Sequence record: KF147891.1
Source: Pseudomonas phage PaBG
Strand: one strand, 5' to 3'
Length of the DNA: 64,000 nt
The notes under the pieces were generated by a model. The model was not told the DNA's origin. It searched no databases and worked only from the letters and a program-made list of their open reading frames with translations. Shown here piece after piece: positions 35,548-44,752 of this stretch (its first letter is position 1; each line of letters starts with the position of its first letter). Position numbers and translations under genes: made by a program.

Positions 35548-36111
35548 ATGAACGACCTTGCGACGTTAAAGTCCCTAACCTCGATCAAGCCCATTGCTAC
35601 ATTGGGCAACACACCAGGCACCACCATGTTCAATCGTTTCTTCTTTGAGCGACTGAGCGCATTCGGCTCTGTGAAAAATGGCATCGTCCTGACGATTAAC
35701 GACGAAGCCTTTGAAGATGTAGAAGACTGGGGTGAGTTCATCCAGACCCCGATGGGTAACGTGACGGTTCGCCGTGCTGTTACCGAAGATGACCTGCAGA
35801 GTCTGAGTTTGCCGGGTATGGCCCATCTTCGTCATGCAGGCGTGCGCAATTTTGCTCGCCTGTTATCTGACGATGCCGTGATCTTTCGGTTTGAGACTGC
35901 GCGTTGGCAAGGCGTTGAGTATCCGATCGAGGAATTGAATCGGTACTTTGAAACCCTGCGTCGCGCTTATCACCTGAGTGACGAGGCTGGCATCATCGAC
36001 GTGCCGATTCAGCTCGGTAGTGTAAACCACCGATATACGACCAGAGCGCAGATTGAATCTGTCCTCTACCCAATGGCGTACTACTTTTTTCGAGAAGATA
36101 CGGAGCTCTAA
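35548..36111 (+). CDS. hypothetical protein
   Basis: 187-aa ORF. Confidence 0.45.
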   Translation: MNDLATLKSLTSIKPIATLGNTPGTTMFNRFFFERLSAFGSVKNGIVLTINDEAFEDVEDWGEFIQTPMGNVTVRRAVTEDDLQSLSLPGMAHLRHAGVRNFARLLSDDAVIFRFETARWQGVEYPIEELNRYFETLRRAYHLSDEAGIIDVPIQLGSVNHRYTTRAQIESVLYPMAYYFFREDTEL

Positions 36112-36112
36112 C

Positions 36113-36346
36113 ATGAACTTTGGTGAAGCGCTACACGTACTGGAACAAGGCGGCAAAGTCCAGCGCACCGGCTGGAATGGCAACGGCATGTGGCTCGAAC
36201 TCCAAGTGCCTGACGAACACAGCAAGATGACGCTACCGTACATCTTCCTGTCGTATCCTGCAGATGCCAAGAACACGCCCGGTGCGCGCGTACCCTGGGC
36301 TCCGTCGCAGACCGACGTTCTGGCGAAAGACTGGCAAGTGGTTTAA
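36113..36346 (+). CDS. DUF2829 / Tad2-like protein (putative anti-Thoeris sponge)
   Basis: MNFGEALHVLEQGGKVQRTGWNGNGMWLELQ...MTLPYIFL...VPWAPSQTDVLAKDWQVV matches, from memory, the GEA..L..G.kv.R.GWNG.GM and SQTD.LA.DW signature of DUF2829/Tad2. Start after SD ggag. Confidence 0.5.
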   Translation: MNFGEALHVLEQGGKVQRTGWNGNGMWLELQVPDEHSKMTLPYIFLSYPADAKNTPGARVPWAPSQTDVLAKDWQVV

Positions 36347-36358
36347 CAGGAGCCCATC

Positions 36359-37498
36359 ATGGCAAAGAAAAAAGAGAAGGCACCGCTCCCGCAACCTTCT
36401 GCAACCGAATCCCTGGCGGTCAAGTATCGCCCACGCACGTTGAAGGACGTGAAAGGCCAAGACAATGCTGTCGCCGCTGTCAAAGGTATGATCAAGCAGC
36501 GCAAGTACCCGGGTGCCATCCTGATCACCGGGCCGAGCGGCACCGGCAAGACCACGCTTGCCCGCATCCTTGCCACGTACATGAATGCCGACGACCCGAA
36601 GAAAGTGAAGGAGTCGATGGCGTATCGTCTGGGCGAAAAGCACCCAGACATCCTGACGCTGAACGCTGGCACCAACGGCAAAGTCGAAGACATCCGTACG
36701 CTGGTCAAGGGCTCGCGCTCTGCTCCGATGTCCAACTACCGCGTCATCATCATCGACGAAGCACACAAGCTCACCGGCGCCTCTGCCGAAGCTCTGCTTG
36801 TTCCAATGGAAGAGCCGCCGAGTCGTACCATCTGGATTCTCTGCACGACCGACCCGGAGAAGCTGCTCGACACGATGCAGAACCGCTGTGTCAAGTTGCA
36901 CCTGAGTCCTGTGGAGCCCAACCACATCGTTGATCGTCTGGCAGAAGTTGCTGCCGCAGAAGGCGTCAAGATGGGCAAAGAGAAGGAAGCGAAGAAGGCG
37001 CTGAATGCCATCGCGCAACTTTCCGACGGCAGTATGCGCAACGCCATCTCCATTCTCGAAAACCTCATGTTCGCCGTTGCTGGTGGCTTGGATTTCTCGG
37101 CCGAGGGTGCCCTCAAGTCCTATGTCGAGTCCGGTGCTGCCGACCTAGACAAGGCAGCAGCCTCCATGGTGGCTGCGTCGCTCAATCTCGACCTGCCGGG
37201 CGCTGTCAGTATGATTCGTCGTGCTGAGAACCCGCGCGGTATCGTGTACAAGTCGCGTATGCTGGTCGATTTCCTGATCGGCGAAAAGACGAAGACTGCC
37301 AAGTTCCAACCGTACACTGGTCGCGTGTTCAAGCAGGTTGCCGAGAAGATGGGCATTAAGTACAGTCTGCGTGCCCTGCTGCTTCTCCAGACGACCATCA
37401 CGAACGTGGAGTTGCAAATGAACAGTTGCAGCATCGCCGAAGCCGTGCTGCTCCAAACCGCCATCGGCAATTTTATCATCGAGAACAAGAGCGAGTAA
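36359..37498 (+). CDS. AAA+ clamp loader subunit (DnaX/RFC-like)
   Basis: KYRPRTLKDVKGQD box, Walker A GPSGTGKTTLARILA, Walker B IIIDEAHKLTG, sensor CTTDPEKL. Confidence 0.8.
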   Translation: MAKKKEKAPLPQPSATESLAVKYRPRTLKDVKGQDNAVAAVKGMIKQRKYPGAILITGPSGTGKTTLARILATYMNADDPKKVKESMAYRLGEKHPDILTLNAGTNGKVEDIRTLVKGSRSAPMSNYRVIIIDEAHKLTGASAEALLVPMEEPPSRTIWILCTTDPEKLLDTMQNRCVKLHLSPVEPNHIVDRLAEVAAAEGVKMGKEKEAKKALNAIAQLSDGSMRNAISILENLMFAVAGGLDFSAEGALKSYVESGAADLDKAAASMVAASLNLDLPGAVSMIRRAENPRGIVYKSRMLVDFLIGEKTKTAKFQPYTGRVFKQVAEKMGIKYSLRALLLLQTTITNVELQMNSCSIAEAVLLQTAIGNFIIENKSE

Positions 37499-37504
37499 TC
37501 GAAC

Positions 37505-39949
37505 ATGCTTGAAGGACTTGACGTTGAGCTAAACAACGTCGTCTATTTCAAGAACGCGAAACTGGACATTACCCGGCATCCGTTCACTGTCATCAGTGGG
37601 CACAACAAGGACAGCCGCATTTCCACAGAGACCAGTAACGGTGCAGGTAAGTCGCTGCTCTGGTCTGCTGTGCCAAACCTTCGTTATGAAGCAACGCCGC
37701 TTGCAACTCAGAAAAAGCGCAAGGACATCTTGGGCGCCTCCGACTCGTCAATCGCGTTTCGGTTCAAAGGCAACGACGGTAAAGTCTACCGTATCACCCA
37801 GACGCCCTCCAAGTTCGTTATTGAAAGAGACGGCAAAGACATCGAATGTCGAACCGTACCTCTACAGAAAAAGAAGATCGAGGAAATCTTCCCGATCACC
37901 GAAGATGAGTTCTACTCGTATGTGTACCTGCAATCGCAACGGCCGCTGCTGTTCCAGATAGCCAAGCCTACCGAGCGCCTGCAGTACATCACGTCCGTGT
38001 TCCGTTTGGACGTGTACGACCAGCTCAAGAAATACTTCACCAAGAAGCTTGGTGAAATCAAAAACAAGCAGGTCGAATTTGACGTGCTCAACACCCAGCT
38101 GGTGAAAGTCGATGGTCTCCTGTCGCGCCTTGACTGGAGCAAGGAGAAAGCCAAGGAACTGGAGAAGGCACAAGCCATCATCCGTACTCTTGGCGACGAC
38201 TCCAAGAAACTCCAGTCGTCCATCGAGCGGTACAAGGCGGCCATCGCGGCCAGCGAGCAGTATGCGAAGCTCAAGAAGCAACGCAAGAAGCTCAATCCTC
38301 CGATCAGCAGGAAAGAAGCCCTCGAACAGCAGGAGCTCCACGAAGCTCAGGCAGACTACCAATCTGACCTTAAGTCGTACCAAGCGCAGCGCAAGCAGCT
38401 CAAGCAACAACTGGATGAACTCGGCGACATCGAGTCTCTCCAGAAGCTGGAGAAGCGCCTCAAGAAACTCATCGACCATCAGGCAGGTGAAGAGGCTAGC
38501 TTGACCATGCTGCACGAGGCTCGCCAGGCCTACAAGCAGATCACTGCCGAACTCGACGAAGCCATTAGCGAGGCGAAATCCCTAGGCATCAAGCGTAAGG
38601 ACATCGACATCATCGTCGCCATCGGCCCTAAGGGGATGGAAGACGAAATCGCCAAGCACAGCGCCGTGTTGCAGCTTGAGTCGATTGTGTCTGACTGTGC
38701 TGATGGCGAATGCCCAACGTGCCAACAATCCGTAAATGTCAAGGCGTTCAAGAAGCAGATCGCTGCGGCAAAAGAAGCGGTGAAGAAACACAAGAAGGGG
38801 CTCGCCAAGTACGCTGCAAGCAAGGCAGTGTTTGACTTGCAGAAGAAAGCAAAGAAGCATGAGTTCAACGAAGCCAGCGAGCAGGAGTTTCTGGATCGCC
38901 GCTTGAAGTATCGGGAAACCGAAGAAAAGCTGGAGCAACTCCAAGAGCGTGTACGGGCCGCCAAGCAGGCTGACCGTATTCAGGCTAAGCTGAACGATCT
39001 GGAAAAGCCCAAAGCTCCGAAGAAAGAGCCAAGCTACTCGACCAAGCAGCTCAAGGAAATCCTTGAACAGCACTCCGAGCTGAAACGCATTGATAGCGTT
39101 CTGGCATCACTGGAAGAGCAGCACGGAACTATCGATGCAAAGGCGCTGTCTAATAAACTGGCCGATGCAGAAAAGCGCTACGCCAAGATTGAGTGTAAGT
39201 ACACCAGCGCTCAGGATGTGTGCAGCAATCTAGGTTCCAAGGCAAGTGAGTTCAAGGTCCTGCGCCGCGAGCGTAAGGATGTACTCGCACAGCTCGAAGC
39301 GATCAAGCCTATCATCGACCAGCGCGACCTGTACAAGTCCCTGGAGAAGGCATACTCCGCCAAAGGCCTCAAAGTGTTTGCGGCGAATCAGATTCTGGGT
39401 CAGATCGAACAGAACATGAATCGCTACGCCAATCTGATCTTCGCAGAACCCTTCAAGTTCAACCTGTTCGCCAAGGAAGACGGTGTGCATTGTATCGTCG
39501 ACCGCGGTAATGGGAAGAAGTCGGATGTCCGTATGCTCTCCGGAGCTGAATCGGATGCGTTCCGCCTTCTCTGGATGTGGGTAATGCTGATCATGGTTGA
39601 AGACGACCGTCGTACCAACTTCGCCGTTCTGGATGAGCCTGATTCGCACATGGACGAGACCACTCGTTCCTTGTTCATCGAGCGCTTCCTGCCGGCGCTG
39701 CGTTCGCTCGTTCCGCATGTGTTCTTGATCACTCCGTTGAGCAAGCACATGTACAGCGAGTGTGCGTACCTGACTGTCGTTAAACACAAAGGCGTTTCCC
39801 AACTGGTGGAGAATTTCGATGAGAGTAGCGGGCTTCGGATGCCACGCGCCGGACGAAGTTCTGGTGCGGCTGAACCGAGAAAACGGAGTAAGAAGAAGTC
39901 AGGTGCTCATGGTAGCGCCAGACGAAAAGCTGCCAAAGCGGCGGCCTAA
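37505..39949 (+). CDS. SbcC/Rad50-like recombination ATPase (T4 gp46-like)
   Basis: N-terminal Walker A TSNGAGKSLLWSA, long coiled-coil, CPTC zinc hook, C-terminal signature and D-loop LSGAESDAF...FAVLDEPDSHMD. Confidence 0.8.
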   Translation: MLEGLDVELNNVVYFKNAKLDITRHPFTVISGHNKDSRISTETSNGAGKSLLWSAVPNLRYEATPLATQKKRKDILGASDSSIAFRFKGNDGKVYRITQTPSKFVIERDGKDIECRTVPLQKKKIEEIFPITEDEFYSYVYLQSQRPLLFQIAKPTERLQYITSVFRLDVYDQLKKYFTKKLGEIKNKQVEFDVLNTQLVKVDGLLSRLDWSKEKAKELEKAQAIIRTLGDDSKKLQSSIERYKAAIAASEQYAKLKKQRKKLNPPISRKEALEQQELHEAQADYQSDLKSYQAQRKQLKQQLDELGDIESLQKLEKRLKKLIDHQAGEEASLTMLHEARQAYKQITAELDEAISEAKSLGIKRKDIDIIVAIGPKGMEDEIAKHSAVLQLESIVSDCADGECPTCQQSVNVKAFKKQIAAAKEAVKKHKKGLAKYAASKAVFDLQKKAKKHEFNEASEQEFLDRRLKYRETEEKLEQLQERVRAAKQADRIQAKLNDLEKPKAPKKEPSYSTKQLKEILEQHSELKRIDSVLASLEEQHGTIDAKALSNKLADAEKRYAKIECKYTSAQDVCSNLGSKASEFKVLRRERKDVLAQLEAIKPIIDQRDLYKSLEKAYSAKGLKVFAANQILGQIEQNMNRYANLIFAEPFKFNLFAKEDGVHCIVDRGNGKKSDVRMLSGAESDAFRLLWMWVMLIMVEDDRRTNFAVLDEPDSHMDETTRSLFIERFLPALRSLVPHVFLITPLSKHMYSECAYLTVVKHKGVSQLVENFDESSGLRMPRAGRSSGAAEPRKRSKKKSGAHGSARRKAAKAAA

Positions 39950-40547
39950 GGGAATCGATTACGTCATCATGTTCAGTGTCAAGGACATGCGGCGTAATCT
40001 GGATGCGCACCAGAGCTTTGAACCCGTGGTGTTCCTAGTGTTCGATACGCCAATCGCCCTCAGTGGTTACACGATCCAACACATGGACTTCAAGATCGGA
40101 AGCGACGTGCATATCGACGGGTTCGAGTGCATTCCACTGAATCTCAATTTAAGCATTGACTCCAAGCCGTTTGAGCGCAGCGGTCTCGACATCGTGCAAC
40201 TGTCCATCGAAGAGGTTAAGGCCCAGCGGACACTGCTCAACCAGTTGATGACCTTCATCTACTCCCTGCCAAGGGCGACACACCAACGACCAATCAACTC
40301 GGCGGTGTGTTCCTGGATGGGTAGCAAGACCACGCTCGTGAAGCTCAACAACGACTTGGCCAAGATGCGGGATAGTCCGCTGACCGCCAAGCAGCTCGCC
40401 AGACTGAACGACATCCTTTCATCCGAGACCGCAGTCCTCTATCGAGAGGCGATGCGTGAAGGTGGGGATTCCGAAGTCTTGGCTCGCCGCTATGGCATCA
40501 GCGCGTATGAAATCAACTATATGCGCGCGATTGCCGCAAGGAGCTAG
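39909..40547 (+). CDS. hypothetical protein with a C-terminal HTH (sigma region 4-like)
   Basis: Start MVAPDEK after SD aggtg. C-terminus LARRYGISAYEINYMRAIA is HTH-like. Confidence 0.4.
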   Translation: MVAPDEKLPKRRPKGIDYVIMFSVKDMRRNLDAHQSFEPVVFLVFDTPIALSGYTIQHMDFKIGSDVHIDGFECIPLNLNLSIDSKPFERSGLDIVQLSIEEVKAQRTLLNQLMTFIYSLPRATHQRPINSAVCSWMGSKTTLVKLNNDLAKMRDSPLTAKQLARLNDILSSETAVLYREAMREGGDSEVLARRYGISAYEINYMRAIAARS

Positions 40548-40551
40548 ACCC

Positions 40552-41403
40552 ATGGCAAAGGTAGTGCTGTACCACGCAGAGTGCAATGACGGGATCATGG
40601 CAGCAGCCATCGTCTCGTACTTCGAGAAAGACCCGACCATCATTTACCACCCTGTACACTACAACCGACCTTTGCCGGATATTCCAAAGGACTCCGATGT
40701 CATCGTTGCGGATTTCTGCCACGGTGATGTCGGGGCAATGTTTGCCCTGTTGGAGAACTCCAAGTCTCTGCTGGTAATTGATCATCATGCTGATGCAATC
40801 CCAGTGCTGGATGAGTTGCTGAAAGTCGATTCTCCGAAGCTCCAGGTCGTCTTCGACTCTGAGAACTCGGGCGCTGGTTGCACCTGGCGGCACTACACTG
40901 AGAAACAGGCACCCCTCGTTGTGCAGCGCGTTCGCGGTCATGACCTGTACAAGAACAAGGTGATCGATGACGATTACTTCTTCTACGGTGTGATGACGAA
41001 TCCGCAAACCATTTCCTACTGGGCGTCGTTGATCGATAACGACGCTGAGGTCACCAACCTTGTTGCGGCTGGTCGTCACATCTACAACTTCGTGATGAAC
41101 TCCGTGCTTCCGCAGATGCGGACCAAGGTGCGCTACACCAGCCATGCAGGTTACATCATTCCGATCGTGAACTGCAACCGTATCATCCAGCCGCTGATCC
41201 TTGATCGCCTGATCGAGATTGACTCTGTGGCTTTCGCGTATGAAGACATCGGCGGCGGAAAGCGTAAATGGAGCGTACGGTCCAGCACTTTCTGCAATGG
41301 TGCCGCCAAACGCATTGCCAACTCCTTTAACGGAGGCGGCCATCAGAACGCTGCCGGTTTCGTTACCGATGACACGTTCATGTTCCCGATCTTGGATACC
41401 TAA
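40552..41403 (+). CDS. DHH-family phosphoesterase (NrnA/RecJ-like)
   Basis: Start MAKVVLYHAECNDGIMAAA after SD aaggag. Motifs DG, ADFCHGD and LVIDHHAD (DHH motif). Confidence 0.7.
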   Translation: MAKVVLYHAECNDGIMAAAIVSYFEKDPTIIYHPVHYNRPLPDIPKDSDVIVADFCHGDVGAMFALLENSKSLLVIDHHADAIPVLDELLKVDSPKLQVVFDSENSGAGCTWRHYTEKQAPLVVQRVRGHDLYKNKVIDDDYFFYGVMTNPQTISYWASLIDNDAEVTNLVAAGRHIYNFVMNSVLPQMRTKVRYTSHAGYIIPIVNCNRIIQPLILDRLIEIDSVAFAYEDIGGGKRKWSVRSSTFCNGAAKRIANSFNGGGHQNAAGFVTDDTFMFPILDT

Positions 41404-41437
41404 GCATGTTGGAAGCCCTTTCGACCAGTGACTGGCA

Positions 41438-42262
41438 TTAGCCGATTACCGCTCGCCGAACCTGTGCTTTCGTCATGTTGTACCAACCACTTGGCAGGCT
41501 TCGCCTGTTCCCGCCTTTGTCCATGAGAAGAAGGGTGAAGTTATACCCAGCGGCGATTGCAGCCTTTGCCTTCGCCGCGTTCTTCTTGAACGGACCGCCG
41601 TCTTGCTTCCCGCTCAATCCTAGAGTCCAGACGCTCTTGACCTCGATCACGTTGTTCTTGGTAACGTGGTAGAAGTCAGGAATGAACGTCCGGACCTTGC
41701 CCTCGAAACGATACTTGATCGTAGGCTTCCCGTCACGCACTTCGGAGACGATGTTCTCTGGCTTGGCACCACGGGCGATCATGTATTGCAGTGCCGCAGG
41801 TTCAAAGCCTTGGAGCTTGCGCGTCACGCCCGCTATGACTACCTCTTTCCTCTCGAAGTAACCGTAACGCTGTTTATCTTTCGCACAGACGAAACAGCCA
41901 TGCCCCTTGATGATGTGATTTGGGAGCATCTTTCGTTCGCTCTTACATTCAAGGCAGACGTGCATGATTTTCTTCAGGCGGCCCCTGTAGTCTTCCAAAG
42001 GCCTGAGTGTGGAGTCGCGCTCTTTAAGTTCGGCGATATAGGCATCCGTAGTTGGCAACTGATAACAACACAACAACTTGCCACGAGACGTTTTGGAACT
42101 CATAACGACCCCAGGATGGCGGTCGCGGATATCGCCACATTTGGTGCATTGGTGTTTGATTGAAGTCTTGATATTGACGTACTGTTCCAGTACGATGAGG
42201 TCAGGCCCGTACTTTTGCCTAACTAAGGCCAAGTACTCCTGATGGGTGATGCGCTTAGGCAT
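41438..42262 (-). CDS. PD-(D/E)XK nuclease with an N-terminal Cys-rich (zinc-finger-like) region; free-standing homing-endonuclease-like gene
   Basis: CTKCGD, CLECKS and CFVCAKD motifs. FIPDFYHVTKNNVIEVKS gives PD...EVK. The C-terminus is paralogous to 28689..29192. Antisense insertion between the DHH and Mre11 genes. Confidence 0.5.
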   Translation of the reverse strand: MPKRITHQEYLALVRQKYGPDLIVLEQYVNIKTSIKHQCTKCGDIRDRHPGVVMSSKTSRGKLLCCYQLPTTDAYIAELKERDSTLRPLEDYRGRLKKIMHVCLECKSERKMLPNHIIKGHGCFVCAKDKQRYGYFERKEVVIAGVTRKLQGFEPAALQYMIARGAKPENIVSEVRDGKPTIKYRFEGKVRTFIPDFYHVTKNNVIEVKSVWTLGLSGKQDGGPFKKNAAKAKAAIAAGYNFTLLLMDKGGNRRSLPSGWYNMTKAQVRRAVIG

Positions 42263-42352
42263 GTGATACTCTCTGAAAGTAAGGTGAAGGTGCCCAGACG
42301 GTATCCGTATTCAGAGTACGGAAGGACTGGCCGGTCTTTTCCCGTCTGGACA

Positions 42353-42362
42353 AGTGTAAATT
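42353..42362 (+). promoter_or_regulatory. AGTGTAAATT promoter-like motif upstream of the Mre11 gene
   Basis: Recurrent TGTAAA core about 25 nt upstream of the ATG at 42383. Confidence 0.3.
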
Positions 42363-42382
42363 AGTCGCATACGGAACAGACT

Positions 42383-43462
42383 TTGGTGTTTACCATGTTA
42401 GAAGCAATCAGTACGTCAGATTTCCACCTCGAGGGAATGTTCAAGCATTTCGCCGATGCAACCGCGCGCCAGTTGCGTGAAATCGACAAGATTTACCAGT
42501 ACGGAATGAGCAAAGGCATTCGCCATGTCTTCATTCCGGGCGACATTTCCGATACGCCTCACATGAAGTTCGCCACGTACATGCAGTTGGTGATGTTCTT
42601 CAAGAAGTACGACGGCATCATCAACAGCTACTACATCGGAGGTAACCATGACCGTTCCGATGTCGAGTCCACGTCGTGTGACTTCCTCAAGATGATCGCG
42701 GATCACGGCTTCTTCAAGTCGTTCCGCATCTTCCTGCAACCTGAACAAGACCGCATCGATGGTACGCTCGTAAACTTCTGCGCATGGCCGTGCTACGAGA
42801 CCATGACCGAGAAGGAAGGTTGCCTGAACTTTGCCCACGTTGAATACAACGGCGCAATCGGTGATAACGGCCGACCGTTGAAGACCAAGCATGAGTTCCG
42901 CAGCCATGAGCGCGACTTCACCATCAGCGGTCACATCCACCAGTACCAGTATTTGAAGAACAAGCGTGCCATCTTCAATGGTAACCCGTACCAGAAGAAC
43001 TTCGGCGAGGCGTTGCCTAAGGGTTTCGTTCACTTCAAGGCCAGAACCAGTAAGAATACGGTTGACGTGAAGCACCGCTTCATCGACAACATGCCGAACT
43101 TTCGCCTGGAGACGGTCGTTGTGGAATCCCCGAAGGACTTCGCACGCCTGAAGGATGACAACAACATCCGCTACAAGCTGCTGGTGGCCCCTGATGTCCT
43201 GGTGCCCGCTGATCTGCGGCTCACCTACCCGAACATCACAGGTGGTATCTTCAACTCGGAAACCAAGAAGGCCGCCGCGAACGATGATTCGCCAATGGTC
43301 GAGCAACTCGGCCAGGTGGCTCAGATTAGCCGCGTGAAGCCTACCACCGGATTGAACAATTGGTTGGCTGGTGAGGGTTTCTCCAAGAAAGAAATCTCCA
43401 TGGCCAAAGGTATGGTCAAGGAGGCCATGAACGAACTCGGCATTTCCGTTGGAGAGTCCTAG
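42383..43462 (+). CDS. Mre11/SbcD-like nuclease (calcineurin-like phosphoesterase, T4 gp47-like)
   Basis: VFIPGDISD, YYIGGNHD and GHIHQ phosphoesterase motifs. The antisense ORF 42416..43306 was rejected. Confidence 0.8.
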   Translation: MVFTMLEAISTSDFHLEGMFKHFADATARQLREIDKIYQYGMSKGIRHVFIPGDISDTPHMKFATYMQLVMFFKKYDGIINSYYIGGNHDRSDVESTSCDFLKMIADHGFFKSFRIFLQPEQDRIDGTLVNFCAWPCYETMTEKEGCLNFAHVEYNGAIGDNGRPLKTKHEFRSHERDFTISGHIHQYQYLKNKRAIFNGNPYQKNFGEALPKGFVHFKARTSKNTVDVKHRFIDNMPNFRLETVVVESPKDFARLKDDNNIRYKLLVAPDVLVPADLRLTYPNITGGIFNSETKKAAANDDSPMVEQLGQVAQISRVKPTTGLNNWLAGEGFSKKEISMAKGMVKEAMNELGISVGES

Positions 43463-43630
43463 GAAATCCTAGGCATTCCTCCTAAGTTTGCCAATGTCAT
43501 TCTGATGTCAGAGAAATACATAGCTAGAGAATGCTAATTTTTCTGCATCGAGTGACAAAGCACCTTGGCGCTAAGGTTGTACGTCGTCCTCGATGTTCAC
43601 AACCAAGCTCATTCCTAAGGAGACAAGGTC

Positions 43631-44629
43631 ATGGCGACCCGTACTCGTAACAAAGTGGTTGGCGGCAAAGTCGTCAAGCAAAAGGTAACGGTGGACAACT
43701 CCCCCGAGGCCAAAGCCAAGCGTAAGAAGGCGGCGCAGACTCGCAAGAAGACTGCTTCCAAGGACAACGCCAAGGCTCGCACCGAGCGCAAGTCGCGCAC
43801 CCCGCAAGAGAAGCTGGAAGCCGGCATCAAGCGTGCCATGCTCCGCGCCGCTCGCGAAGGCCGCGATCCGAAGAAGGCGAAGAAAGACTACATCGCCTGG
43901 CACAAGAAGCAGCAGTCCCACGGCGCTGCCAAGTCCAAGTCCAAGGAAGCCGCTGCCAAGGTGCGCGAAGCTCACAAGAAGCAGCGCGAAGCCCTGACTG
44001 CCAAGCGCAAGGCCATGGCCGACAGCTACAAGGCTGCCCGCGCCAAGCTGAAAGGCCTGCCGATCGAGAAGCGCAAGGCTCAAGGTGCCAAGCTGCGTGA
44101 CAAGTACAAGGCCAGCCTGGCCAAGCTGTCGCAAGCTCGCACCAAGCTGACCGCCGCCAAGAAGAAGAAGCTGGACGGCATCAAGTCCAAGCTGGCTGCC
44201 AAGAAGCCCGGCGCCAACCCGAACCGCAAGGTGAAGGCTGCTTCCGCTCCTGGCGTTACCGCTGCTCCGGCCAAGAAGCCGCGTAAGATGAAGACCACAC
44301 CGGAAAAAGCGAAAGCCCAATCCAAGACCCCGGCCAGCGGCGCTAAGGCTCCGGCCAAGAAAGCTGCAACCAAAGCTGCCAAGCCGGTAGCCAAGAAAGC
44401 AGCAGTCAAGGCCGCCAAGCCGGCAGCCAAGGCCGAAGCCAAGAAAGTGGCAACCAAGGTCGCTAAGACCGAGGCCAAGAAAGCCGCGACCAAAGCTGCC
44501 AAGCCGGTAGCCAAGAAAGCAGCCACCAAGGCCGCCAAGCCCGCCGCTAAGGCGACCGCGAAGAAAGAAGCTGCCAAGCCGACTACTCGCGCTCGCGCCA
44601 CCGGCAAAAAGGCTATCAAACGCGGCTAA
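43631..44629 (+). CDS. histone H1 / AlgP-like K/A-rich DNA-binding protein
   Basis: 332 aa, strongly basic, with tandem AKKAATKAAKPVAKKAA repeats encoded by tandem DNA repeats (about 44390-44560). Confidence 0.55.
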   Translation: MATRTRNKVVGGKVVKQKVTVDNSPEAKAKRKKAAQTRKKTASKDNAKARTERKSRTPQEKLEAGIKRAMLRAAREGRDPKKAKKDYIAWHKKQQSHGAAKSKSKEAAAKVREAHKKQREALTAKRKAMADSYKAARAKLKGLPIEKRKAQGAKLRDKYKASLAKLSQARTKLTAAKKKKLDGIKSKLAAKKPGANPNRKVKAASAPGVTAAPAKKPRKMKTTPEKAKAQSKTPASGAKAPAKKAATKAAKPVAKKAAVKAAKPAAKAEAKKVATKVAKTEAKKAATKAAKPVAKKAATKAAKPAAKATAKKEAAKPTTRARATGKKAIKRG

Positions 44630-44654
44630 TCCCCGCACGGTAGTCTGACCTCAA

Positions 44655-44697
44655 AAAGGCCCGAGTCACTTCACTGTGGCTTGGGCCTTTTTGTTTC
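44655..44697 (+). terminator. intrinsic terminator
   Basis: AGGCCCGAG...CUUGGGCCU followed by UUUUUGUUU. Confidence 0.7.
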
Positions 44698-44752
44698 TCC
44701 AGCCACCTGATCGCTAATTTATGAGCACGACACCTCTTGGCTGAGCATTACG

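Noticed and set aside
29097-35741. - strand ORFs across the modification cassette (29097..29897, 29914..30525, 30699..31277, 31788..32471, 32588..33202, 33284..33772, 33844..34335, 34470..35741)
   Set aside because: All are antisense to + strand genes with identifiable domains (ParB-like, C5-MTase, CmoA, PP-loop). Their compositions look like antisense translations.
42416-44638. - strand ORFs of 296 aa (42416..43306) and 355 aa (43571..44638)
   Set aside because: Antisense to Mre11 and to the KA-rich histone-like gene. The second is a Gly/Leu/Arg repeat translation of the antisense of the AKKAA repeats.
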